Notes under the pieces: generated by a model
Databases searched by the model: none
Told to the model about the DNA's origin: nothing
What the model saw: the letters and a program-made list of their open reading frames with translations, nothing else
Assembly: GCA_964188305.1 (NCBI GenBank)
Contig: OZ076889.1
Strand: one strand, 5' to 3'
Source of the DNA: Podarcis bocagei
Lineage: Eukaryota
DNA: 64,000 bases
In this document: positions 52,013 through 64,000 of the stretch, one piece after another
How the letters are laid out: every line of letters begins with the position of its first letter
Position numbering within the stretch: the stretch's first letter is position 1
Made by a program: the position numbers and the translations under genes

Positions 52013-53394
52013 ATAAAGCGATGATGCTCATCCACCATTATAACAACATGATCCTCAGTCTTTCCAAGGGCCTGTTTGTGTTTGCCTATCTGCTGCGGAA
52101 ATCATCCAATGGGATACTACATTTCAGGGCCACAAAAACAAAAGCTGAGCCCAGTGGATCTGTGATGCTAGAGGTGTAATAGGCTGTCTCTTCCCTATGA
52201 AAAAACAGCAGCAGTGCATCTGAGTTAGCCTTAACACACAACAAAAACCTCTGCAAAAATACACCTGCTACAGCAGAACTGAGTGACCAGATGCCAAAGG
52301 CAAGTCCTTCTCCTGCTTTATTCTGCCTGAATCAGCCCTGGGTGGCTGGACATAGAACAATCCTTTGCTACAATTACTGTCTTCCCCCAGACTGCAGGAA
52401 AAGCTGCAATTGAGAGGTTGATGCTGCAGGCTCCTTCCAGAGCTATCTTGGGAGCTCATGCACAGGTTTTACTGCCCTGATATTTCTTGTAGAGCGAAAT
52501 CTATCTATAAATCTGCCACTTCCCCCTCATTGGTCTCTTTGCGTGCTAGCCTGCTGGGTCAGGAAGTACTAATAGCCAGTGTAATGTAGGCTGACACCAC
52601 AGCCACCAGTGCAACAGCTCACCTCGTCGAAGAGTCTTCTCGGAGAGAGAGCAAGGGAAATGAGCACAGGCACTGAGGCAAGAACTACCCCACAGCTGAC
52701 TCCTGCACAGTCCAGCCAGCAATATTACAGAAATACAGGGAGGGGGAAATTGCAGCCATGTCTGGAGAGAAATGTGGCAGTGATGAACCAAAGATAGGAG
52801 CACAGGAAACTATCTCATCCCAGTACACACAATTTGCCCATCTCGTTCTGTCTTATTTACCCTGACTGGCAGCATCTTTCCAGGGTCATGCAGAGGTCCC
52901 ACCCCACCCCAGTCAGATGATTCTTTTAACCAGATATACCAGGGATTGGACCTAGGATTAAATAAAGTATGTGTCCCACCACTGAGCTATGTTTCCTCAG
53001 GGTCAGTTGCCTGGTGCTAAGAAAACTTTAGTAGTGCTGCCAACTTCAGTACTGTCCCCTGCTCCTGTGCTTTTTTTTTACAACCGCTTGATCAGCCAGA
53101 AGAAGTGTTTATCTCAAAGTCACAAAGCAGCTCCATTTGCTGATTCCTGCAAATCGAATAGCTGTAAAAGTCTGGGGATCAACCCAGACTAGTTTTTATT
53201 CTAGTCAGTTGGCAACCTGTGCTGTGCTTAAAATAACTCTTGTTGATTTTAGAAATCTTTCATCTGGTAGAAACTAAAACACAAGGAAGTCTCAAAGCCA
53301 CCATGGAACCAGAATGTCAGCTGGTTCTAGGACTTCCTTTTTTGTAATCATCGTCACCTCTTTAGATACCCATCAACGAAACAATGGCACAGAT

Positions 53395-53476
53395 GTTTCC
53401 TGCTTGGCAGGGGGTTGGACTCGATGGCCCTTGTGGTCTCTTCCAACTCTATGATTCTATGATTCTATGATTCTAT
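53395..53476 (+). mobile_element. CR1 LINE extreme 3' end
   Basis: 'ggggttggactcgatggcc...ttccaactctatgattctatgattctatgattcta' octamer tail. Confidence 0.8.
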
Positions 53477-53756
53477 ATCATCATCATCTTGCATAAACTC
53501 ATTCACTCATAAGCTGGAATCCTGCAGATGCTTACATGGGACACAAAAAAAGTCTACTCAGGATTGCAGCATAAGAACTTTTCAAGATTTATTTATTATT
53601 AAAAAAATGAATTCTTGTCTAACTCTATCCTTGTGTCAGCTACAATCCAGGGGTGGTAGCATAATTCCCATTTCCAATGCAATGTATAATAGGAGAAGAA
53701 GCCTCATACTCACATCTTCCACTTTTGTTTAAATCAGCAGAACATTAAAAAACCAC

Positions 53757-53946
53757 ATAGGAAGCTGCTTTATAATGAGTCAGGCCATTGGTCCATCCAG
53801 CTCAGTACTGTCAACTCTGACTGGCAGTGGCTTCCCAGGGTTTCAAGGAAGGAACACTCCCACCGCTACCTGGAGATGACAGGGATTGAACCTGGGACCT
53901 TATGCAAGCAAAGCAGATGTTCTACCACTGAGCTACAGCCCTTCCC
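53757..53946 (-). mobile_element. tRNA-derived SINE
   Basis: Reverse strand reads gggctgtagctcagtggtagaacatctgctttgc...ggtcccaggttcaatccct (A and B boxes), followed by non-tRNA body; further copy at about 54622-54799. Confidence 0.75.
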
Positions 53947-54090
53947 TGCACAGGAGAGGAGAAACATGGAGCCTTTTTGAAAAGTACATCAAGAGGTTTA
54001 AAAGAAAAGTGTCACTGAATGGTGCAGGACTGCTCTTCTTGGCTGTTTAAATCATCATCATCATCAGAGGGCTGCTGGAACATTCCTGTA

Positions 54091-54348
54091 CAGTCATACC
54101 TCAGGTTACAGACGCTTCAGGTTGCATTTTTTCAGGTTACGGACTGCCGAAACCCGGAAGTACCGGAACGGGTTACTTCCAGGTTTCAGCGGTTGAACAT
54201 GCGCAGAAGTGCTAAATCATGCTTTGCACATGCACAGAAGTGCCAAATCGCAACCCGTGCATGCGCATGCGCAGACGCGGGTTGCAAACACTGCGGGTTG
54301 GGAATGTGCATCCCACATGGATCATGTTCGCAACCCGAGTGACCACTG
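54091..54348. mobile_element. Tc1/mariner-type MITE related to the 37722 family
   Basis: TA|CAGTCATACCTCAGGTT...AACCCGAGTGACCACTG|TA; shares the 5' 'acgcttcaggtt' segment but has a different interior. Confidence 0.75.
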
Positions 54349-56044
54349 TACTTGATTAGTACGATCTAGGAAGAAGTCTTAAAAAGCTAGCCAGAAACAG
54401 CTAGTGTAAGGGACGAGGAAGGGCATACCTTAGGCAACAGCACCTCTAGGAATGCTAGCCCCAAGGTGGAGAAGGGCCAGCCATTGCCGAGGATGAAATA
54501 AATTGCTTCTCTGCTACTTGGTATCAAAGGGCAACATTGCTCCAAACCACCTAAAGGCTAATGGCTAAAGATGAAGAGCTGCCCTTTGCATTTATACAAT
54601 GCCAGAGAGGAAGAAATACAGAAAGCTGCCTTATACTGAGTCAGCCCAGTGGTCCATCAAGCTTGAGATTGTCACTACAATGACAAGCAGTGCCTCTCCA
54701 AGGCTTGAGACAGGAGTCTTTTCCAGCCCTACCTGGAGACTGAACGGCGGGGCTTCTGCATAGAAAGTAGATGCTCTACCACTAAGATATGGGCCTTCCT
54801 CAAAAAAGTGGTGATCAGAAGGAAGGGGCCCCTGTGTGAGGCAGGGTGAGCAGCTAAGAAAAAAAGACAGGTCAGGAGAATCCCTAGAAGAGCACACAGG
54901 GGCAGGAGAGGCAGGAGAAGGGAATCTTTCTATCTAGCTAGCTGGAATGCTTGTGCAGATGGAACAAATTGGAAGAGCGCAACATTGAATTCCACCCTGA
55001 GGTATTTATGCGGTGCTTTCATCTATACTTGGCTAGGTTATCTGTAAATAAATGCAAATACTTCAAAACACCAATAAGCCTCCAGTGTCCTAATCCAAAG
55101 GAAACCAAAGATGGATAATTGCTACCCCTGTAGAACCTCTCACTGTTTGGAGAACAGCAACAGCATGTATTTGCCACTTTTCAAAACTCATCAACAAAGT
55201 GAGTAATGGTACCACTGATAATTGCCTCTGTCCTCCTTTGCATCAGGCTACCTAAACTGATGCTAAATTGGGGCAGTGCTATGGTTCCCCTCCTGTGGCT
55301 TTAACAGCAGCCTCGGCTTTAGGAATTCAGCAGGTGAAGCTTTCCCCCCCACCATTTAGCTCCATCCTAGGAAACGTACTCCACCATTCAATCTTTTGAT
55401 GTGAGGCTGCTGCTGCTGGAATGAGGCCAGTAAAAGAGGTGGCAGAGTTACTCAAAAGAGAAAAAGAAACGCTTCCAGATACCAGCATATTCTGGACTCT
55501 GTGCTGCTTGTGAATGCATGCTTTATGCTGCGTTCACATGATGTACTGTAATCCTCTTCCTCCCCATCAAAATGCTGTCCTATGTCATTTTCCACAGAAA
55601 ATTAGGTCAATAAAAAACACATCATGGCAAGGCAAATCCTGACTAAATAGGCGGGGATTTGGGATGGTATTTTGATGAGCATGACATCATATGAACACAG
55701 CAAAAAACTCTTCCATGCACAAGAAACTGCCTTGTGGAAGTGCCCAAGGAGAGGCCAGGCGGCAGCAAGTGTACAAGGTGTATTCTTGCAGCCTAGGCAC
55801 ACCCAGACCCAGCACTTATAGGGCTCCCAAACAATCTTCCATTACTGGATGTCAGGAGCTAGAGTCAAGTGTAGGTCAGCAATAAAAAATAATAAAAACC
55901 ACAGTGTCAGTGCAGTTAACTCTTTATTTTAAGATAGCAAAACAGTGCAGGCCTAATGATCCCAGCAACTCTTCCCAGTAGGTTTTGCTCCAATGAGGCA
56001 CTTGTGAGGACTGAAGGTCCCTGCCTTTCCACCACCCTCAAAGG

Positions 56045-56180
56045 CAGGCTTCCTCAAACTCGGCCCTCCAGATGTTTTGAGACTACAATTCCCATCATCC
56101 CTGACCACTGGTCCTGCTAGCTTGGGATCATGGGAGTTGTTGGCCAAAAACATCTGGAGGGCTGAGTTTGAGGAAGCCTG
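56045..56180. mobile_element. Palindromic hAT-type MITE
   Basis: TIRs CAGGCTTCCTCAAACTC...GAGTTTGAGGAAGCCTG; TSD ctcaaagg/ctctaagg. Confidence 0.85.
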
Positions 56181-59100
56181 CTCTAAGGCTCTTCCTTTCC
56201 AGGGTTTTCCCCAAACAGTCGCAAACTGCATCTGTGCACAACCAATTTCTGCTCTGCTCTTTTCATTTCCCTGCGTGTTCTAGGAGACTGGGAAGAGGGA
56301 GCTGGTCGCGGCAGGAGGGGGAGACTCTCTGGATTCTTCAGCAGCCTGCCTCAACTCTGCCTCTTAGTCAACCTCCTCTCCAGCCTCGGAGTCTGAACGG
56401 GTCTCTGCCACAGCCTCTTCCTGCCCACTAAACCCTGTTACCTCTTCTGCTTCCGACACCTCCTCCTCCCAGTCTGCTCCTTTTTCTCCATCTAACCACT
56501 CATCATTGTCCCACCACCAATCCTCTGGCTCTGAGCCTTCTTTGTCTAGGGGTTCCCTTGGGGGTTCCCGAGCTGCTGCCTCCCACCACTCCTTTGCATC
56601 CAGCCAGTCCATGGCATCAGATTGGAACAAAGCCAGTCCTTGATCTCAGCACACACACACAGGCACACAACCAATCCAGTAGCTACTGCTGCATTGTGGG
56701 CTTTTAACTTCTTTGTGACATGAAGGTTGCACCTGAGAAGCATCATACAGTTGGAGACCTGCCTGCTCACCTCACTACCACTGCATGACTCCCTTGACCG
56801 AGGCAGCTGTGCCTGTTTCCCCGAGGGTGACAAGTCTCCCTTTCTTGTCAGCGCATCCTCTTGCTGTTGCCATAGTTACCAGTGCTGGGTGTCCTTTATC
56901 CCATGGAACTCTCCATAATGAGGAGCATAATGAAAGGAGCATTTCAAAGGAAAGGGCAGCATCAACAGTCAGCTCACTCTGTCCCCATGGAGTGAACAGA
57001 GTTGAGCATCCTACACTGGGGCAGGGTGGTGGTGGAATCCTGCCTCCCAGACTTGATTTATGTTTACAGAGGAACAGCTGTGCCACCACTCCACATCCTC
57101 AAAGGCTATTCTTGCTCCTAACTTTTCCCCTAACATTTTTTTTTAACACTGTTCCCTTACTATTGGATCAGAAACTTATTCCTGCACCCAGGAGGTACCA
57201 GCATAACTCATAAAGCTGCAACATCTATCTTTCCTGAAGCCATCACGAAGGCCACATTCACACCATGCATTTAAAGCACCTTGTAGCCCCTTTAAACAGT
57301 CACAGCTTCCCCCAAAGAAGCCTGGGAGTTGTAGTTCATTAATGCTGCTGGGAATTGTCACTCTGAGAGAGACTCTTAATGACAGAAGATGCTGTTCCCC
57401 CTAGTTCTTATGTGTGTTTCCCCACTTCAGTTGTGTCCTGGTGCTACTTTACAACTAAAATGTGCTTCTGGACTCTGACTCAAGAAGCTTTCTTGAGCTT
57501 CATGTCTCTGTTGCCCAACAGTGAGCTTAGGGGGCTGCATGGGGCACATTTCTGTCCAGATTCTTTGCCAGGGCAATTCCATGAGAATATAAAGCTTCCT
57601 TATACAGAGTCAGGCCATTGGCTCATCTAGCTCAGAGGAACCTACTCTGACTGCACCATTATGCAATGTGCTACTGCCTTATCAGGGTGTCTTATCAGGT
57701 CTTATCAGGGTGTGGCCCCATTTATCGGTGCGACACCATTGCCAGGTGCTGTAGTAGGGAGTCAAATGTGTCCTCAGGCTTCCAGTAAGAACAGACACCA
57801 TTGCTTACTAATAGAACATAACTGCTTATTTTAATATAAAATACAACTGAAGCCTACAGCCTCTAACAACAATCAGGCATCTTATCAAATACACAAATAA
57901 CAACCAGGGGGTTCTTTTCCCTAATCTCCCTCCAGAAGGCAGATGGACCCACCTACAATTAGTGACTCTTCATTCTCCCGGTGCTGTTGCATGCACTTGG
58001 CTACACCCAGTTTAGGCCATGAAATATTATTCTGTTGGGAGGAGGGTTAATTTGATGCAGCACCATGACTGGTGTAGGGCTAGATGGAAGGAAGGGGTTG
58101 TGCTTGTTGTTGCAACTTTATTAGTTATGCTGACATTGCATTGTTGGCTGCACGTAGGATTCTGCCTACCTTATATCCTCTCAGCTGCATAGGTATGGTG
58201 ACTATCTTGCAGGGGTCATAAGACCAGGGAGCAAATATTTAATTTTCAAGTGCATATGAACCAAAACTAATATCCTCCAGGAACTGATTTATTGGCACAA
58301 GTAAGAGGATTAGCAAAAGGATGAAAAGGGATGTGTCTCCTGGCAGGAGGTTAACTAGAAGTACTTAACCCATCAAAGAAGTGTTTCTGAATTATACAGG
58401 TCGTTTATAGGCAGATGGGCAATTCCTCTATTTAGGAATAACTGTTTGGCATTTGGCAAATGCAGATGTCAGCAGGGAACAAGTCCCTCACCTAGGAAGA
58501 GAGTGGGGACGATTTGAGTTCAGATACCCTAATGCAGGCTTGTTGTCAGTTGTCAGCTTTCAAATTAAATCTGACTGTCATTTTGCTTGCAGCAAACGTA
58601 ACAAGCCATAATTCTATACAGTATATGATTCAGGCACACAACAAGGTTTACATGAGATCTCCTCCTGGTTTTCTTTAGCTTTCTTCAGTTCTGTGCTACT
58701 GTGGTGGGGGCAGGCCTTTACCTTCCTGTAAGATTTCATTAAAACCAGCGTTCAGTTGGAGCCCCAAAGCAGGCAAAATACCATGCAACAATGCTTACCC
58801 TTTGCAAGTCTGAGCTTGAATAAAATAGCCAGGAAGAAATTACACCAAAAATACCACACTTCCTTCTTCCAAACTGAGGCACTTACTGCTTTTCCTTTAC
58901 TTCCTCTTTATGAATTAATCTGACTGCAGTTGGCTGTGTAAACAGTGCTCGGCGGAGGCCAGAGACTGTGAGGTAGCAACTCCAGCCAAGACACTGGAGA
59001 TGGTATGCTGAATCAATCTAGAATAACAGAAAATGTACATTGTGGGCTGGCAGCACAGCGATGCAGTCCCAGAACTGGCCTCATTCTGAAAGGCTATTTT

Positions 59101-62100
59101 TTATCCCTTACAGTCTCGTTATGGAAATGGATCCCACCCTAGCATGAATAATTCACAAAGCCATCAATCTCCGTGTCCAAATATCAATGTTACAAGGGGA
59201 GTCAAAGAGCACTTAGGACTAAAAGCTTCACTAAAAGGCACGTCCAGGCAGGTGGGGGGTGGGGTGAGGGAAGGAGAATAAGGGTTTGCCCAGCACTGCA
59301 GGGAAAGGAAACTGGCAGCACCTGGGGTTGCCAGATCAACCTTTCAGACATCAGAGGCTACTAAGAGCCAGAAAACATAGTAAAATTAAAAATACAGAGA
59401 AGGAGGAATGAGGAAAAAGTGATTGGTGACACGTTAGAATCACAGGCAAGACAGATTTCCCAGGTTTCAGGCAGCCTCCCAGAGAAAGAAGCATTGGTAC
59501 TGATTATAAACCCTGACATGATTCCAAGGAACAGCAATTTTCCCAGCAACTGTATCTTACCCACATTATCTCATATAACAGAAATTAGTGTGGTGCTGAG
59601 AAACTGGATATCAGCAACCGCTGGGGGAGTGAGAAGCCCACATCAAGGCAGAAAGTAACACTCAGGAAATCAGGGAAGCCAAGTCGGCTAGCATTGCGTA
59701 GCCTAAGTCATCCATCTCCATCTGAGCCTCTGCCCCAGCCTCGAGTGCCACAGCGCACAGTGCTGATTGCTGAAAGGCACAAGCTGGCCCTGCCTGCCCA
59801 GATGCATTCTCATCCCGGCATTGCCCCAGCTCAACCTCAGCAAAGCACCAGGTGATGGAGCTACTGATACAGCTTTTTCCGGACAGAGGCTCCCGTGCCG
59901 CAGGGAGTGAATTAATTTGCTTCGTGTATCAGTTACTTTACTAACTAGATCTCAGCTATTTAAACCTCAGCCAGTCCACCCCGCTCCCCAGGGGAACGCC
60001 CCTGGCAACAATGCTACACTCCATTGTAAGTGGGGGTAAAGAAATACTCACTCGGGGGCTTTGACCCAGGCCAGGGGGTGATGGACCCATCTGGAATTAC
60101 CAGATGCTATCTCTTAGACACACACACACGGACACACACGGACACACACACATGGCTGAGAAACCTCCTCTTCACTACCTTTCCTAGCAAACTGCACAGC
60201 CAGCAAGGTGGAAGCATAGCGTCCAGGCAGACTTTCTCACCAGGGGGCACCGCAGAGTCACACATACTGTCGAGGAATGCTTGGCAATTCAGGATGCCCT
60301 GTGAATAGTGGAACGGGATGGTGCCCCAGCCCAGAGCATCTCTGGGGTGAGATATTATAATAGGCTGGGAATTCCAGTGACAATCAACTTTATGTTTAGC
60401 TCACTGGGGTGCTTGTGGGTGGGCAAGGAGTGGTTTGTAAAACAAAAACCTGAGGAGTTCCTATGCTTCCAGCTAACTTCTGAGGATTCCGATCCTGCAA
60501 CACACACTTGCACCAGGGCACAGAACTGCTGTAAAGGGTGTGGGCTGGATGTAGGCTATGCTGGGCAGATATGGACTACTCTTGCTGTCTCTGTAATTAG
60601 TTCTTATGTAGATGCACCCAGTGTAAATACTGAACAAGAGGTTACCAGAAGGTGAAAACACCTGCGCAAGTGAGTAGTGCATGTGAAGAAAAGAGATGGA
60701 AAATCCAAAAGAGAGAGCAGCACACCCACAGAATTGCCTGCAAGGCAGTCAGGAAGCGGTGTTGCTACACTGCATTTTGTCCACTTACCTTTTCCTCCCC
60801 TCCTCCATACCAAGAAGGCATTGACTGGGGCTACAGTACTGACAAAGGGAATCATAGTCCTGGCCAAGAGTTGAGAATCTCTGAGGGGAAACCCTTCCCC
60901 ATTCCTCCACAGTTAGCACGGTACCTATAGAAACACGCCATGAAGCTGGGAGCTCAGGTTTATGAAAGCACTCAAACCAGAAAAACCAGCTGGGGGACTG
61001 GTCTGTTTTTGCCTGCATTACACACAGACACACAGTTTTGAGTTCAAGGGGAAAGTGGGCGGGGAGTGGCTCTTTCATTACCAGGCAGATAGTGTGATCA
61101 TATGTAAGAGGCTGTGCCTGAACTAGCACAAATCCTCGGGTTTTCACCTAACATTGGTTTCACCTGAGAACTGCACAGCAACATGTTTCAGTTAAACACT
61201 ACAAGGGTACCACTGCAAAACCTGGGTACATGATCTGCACCACAGATCGGCACAGCAATGATTCTCCCTGCTGTACCACCATCTGCACAATGTCAGGGGC
61301 TGTGCCAGTCAGAGCTGGATAATTCTGTGCCACATCATTGCTGGGGATACATATGCATGGGAACCTCCAACAGTTCTAACTTGGCTAAGCCAGAAGCACG
61401 AGGAAAGGACCTAATTAGCCGGTATGAATCATCACAGTGTTTCCCCATGCTGTCATTGTGGATTCCCTCGTGCAGACTGCTTGGGTCTTTGGTGGCTCTG
61501 CAGTCAGCATTGGCTGCAGTACAGACAAGAGAGGAAATTGTTTTGGTTTACCAGAGACCACTATAAGCTTCTATGTAGGCTGAAAGAGATTAGGTGCATT
61601 AAAGACGGCATCCAGTTTTTGTAAGGAGATGCGCCAATGTGCTTTGCCTGAAGAGCTAAAGAGTGTATTTAATTCTTGTTCCCACTTCCTGACACATCAG
61701 AACTGTGGAGAGAGCGAAAGATGTATTTGTACCCAACCGTGCAGAAGTGCTCCTAGCGCTTTATGTGAATTGCATGATTGGTAAATGTATGTGGCACATG
61801 TGTCTGTACTAAGGCTGTGTACACTGAAAGATTTATTGGAAGTGGATTTGTGTAAATGTTATGTAAATGATTTTTGTCTGTGCTGTGTATATACTTAGCT
61901 GTGCTAATTCTTCGGTTCAAATATAAATGTAGAATTTACTTATTTATAAACAGCATATTAATGTTCATGGCCATTTGCAGAGCAAAGTAAGGAATAAGCT
62001 CCTGTTCCAAGGAGCCTGGTCTTAATTGTCTGTGACGCTCAAAATAAGCTCAGATGCATTCGATTCATCTAATTCAGATGGTTCTGTAACAGCAAGCAAA

Positions 62101-64000
62101 CTGAGCAGGAGGATCACTTCAAACACCTGCCATGAGCCAGGGCAGTTTAAGGAAAAGGAGATGTCTATAGAACACTTTGCTGTGGCTGGTCTGAAATGCA
62201 AAAACTCTCACAGCAGATTCAAACAGATCCACACATTGTAATGCTCAAACATACGGTGTCAGATGGCTTTGAAGCCTACATTTTTTGACCAGTGGGCACA
62301 TTTGAACTATGAAAGAGTGCTGTGGATGCAAGTTGCAAAATGGCTCTCATGGTCAGCATGGCATGGCACAAAATTAGAGAGACTACAGTCATGTTGAGGT
62401 TTTCCCCATAATGTATTTCCATGCTAGAATCCTGCGGAATGTCCACCTGCTAAACAGCTGTTAAAGGAATAAGAGGTCTGTTTCCCCCCCAAACCCAAGC
62501 CTAGGCTGCCATCTAGGTTTGCCACTTACCGTAACTGGAAGTGAGCCTGGTTAAACAGAAACAGACTTGCCTCTGCATAGACATAGAATCATACTGCTGG
62601 AAGGGAACCTGAGGATCATCAAATCCAACTCCATGCAATGCAGGAATGCATTTGTTTCTGGGAAAATGGGATAGAAACATCAAACCAAACCAAAACCATC
62701 CTTTGCTGGTTATTTATTGTCCACTTGTTTACACACGAGTGTCCCAAAGTGACTTAAGAAGAATAGAAACAACAACAAGGAATGTGTTTGCCACCTTCTG
62801 TCCTGACCAGAGTCCCTCCCTTCCTTTCCCACCTTACATCTCCTGGGGAGGCATTGTACAAAGGACAGAGAGAGCAGCCTGGCTTCTGCCCATCAGCTAC
62901 TTTGGCACCGAAGGGGTAGGGGTTTTTTTTGGGGGGGGGTCACCTGAGGGTGGTCCAATCAGGTGCACAGGGAGGGCAGCTCCAAGTGCCCTTTCCCTCC
63001 CCCTAACTTCTCTCCCCCTCCTCAGAAAAGAGGTGGCAAGACATGGCAGCCTGCAATGTAAAGCTGGTTATTTTGCCAGGATATTATGTCATCAGTTCCT
63101 CTCTGCCTGTTTTATCACATCAGAAGAATTAAGAAAGTGATTAAATATAACCAAGATGCAGACTTTCAGTCCTGGTGGGATGCTAAGCCTGGCGGAGAAC
63201 CCTCTGTTTCCCCTCCTTTTAATTTAGAAGTCCCATCATGAAGACTGATGCAGGAAGTAATATGGGAGAGGACCTATCCACTACCATGAAAATGGAGGCA
63301 CAATTTTGATAGAACAGCATCAGTTACAGAATGAGGGCTGGCAGGATCACAGCAGGATGGGTTGCCAAAGTTGTTTACCTTACCTTTACTTTGTTGTTGT
63401 TGTTTTTAAAAAAATATTATTCAAGAATCCTTTGTGCTTTTGAAAGCTGCATGACAGACAGAGCAGTAACAGGTTTGTTAGCATGTATAACAAAACAGAT
63501 GAGTGTGGCAAGAATCAAATCAAGTTTAGGTATAACATGCTGAGTTTTCTGGCAAAGGAGAAACTGGAGATGGGTAGAATTGTGGGGGAAATTGATAGTT
63601 TTTATAGCAGTTCGGGCCCACACAAAACTGCACTGAGTGGCCTGCTGTGAAATGGTTAAACAGAGAAGAAGGAGATGAGCCTTGCCTGGCTCACATTACA
63701 GATCTCCATGCCTGTGTCCCCTTCCCAGCACACCATCCTCCCACCTAGGGGCTTTGTTGTACACTGCTGGTGCAATCAGGGCCTGTGGGCTGGGTGCTCA
63801 ATCTCTTCTCCATCAGGGTAATTAATGGGCTCCAGGGCTCACTCTCTGCTTCCGAGTTAATTGCTACATGCTGCAAACGCCAGGGAGACAGCAAGGAACA
63901 TGGGCAACAAGCAATAGATTAAGCAGCATTAAGCAGCAAATCACTAGTTCTCTGTGGCTGCTGTGCCCAGGGTCTGCTGCCCTACCAAGACCTCTTCCAT

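Noticed and set aside
53880-53946. tRNA genes at tRNA-like sequences (also 24725, 24904, 48770)
   Set aside because: They are SINE heads: degenerate, no complete cloverleaf, and followed by shared SINE bodies.

Overview
Vertebrate genomic DNA, not prokaryotic. It is very likely a squamate reptile and probably a lacertid lizard, judging from Sauria SINEs, L2/CR1 fragments and lizard-type hAT/Tc1-mariner MITEs. The first 14.5 kb hold two convergent, intron-containing genes. The last 7 coding exons of SZT2 (KICSTOR subunit) lie on the + strand, with the stop at 7452-7454. The complete 8-exon HYI gene (hydroxypyruvate isomerase, 276 aa) lies on the - strand, with the ATG at 14182 in a CpG island and the stop at 8692-8690. 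I reconstructed all exons by hand from splice sites and reading phase; each gene uses one non-canonical GC-AG intron. In the remaining ~49 kb I see no credible coding exons. It is a repeat-rich intergenic stretch with several homeodomain/POU-motif-rich candidate enhancers; mammalian synteny suggests it leads toward PTPRF, which is not visible here. Almost all ORFs in the supplied track are spurious. I found no convincing new biological system. The most unusual items are two young, CpG-rich non-autonomous hAT elements that appear to carry promoter-like cargo (16734-17111 and 45232-45747), a hAT MITE with telomere-like internal repeats, and serial MITE insertions that reuse one target site. Protein and repeat-family identities come from recall, not database searches.
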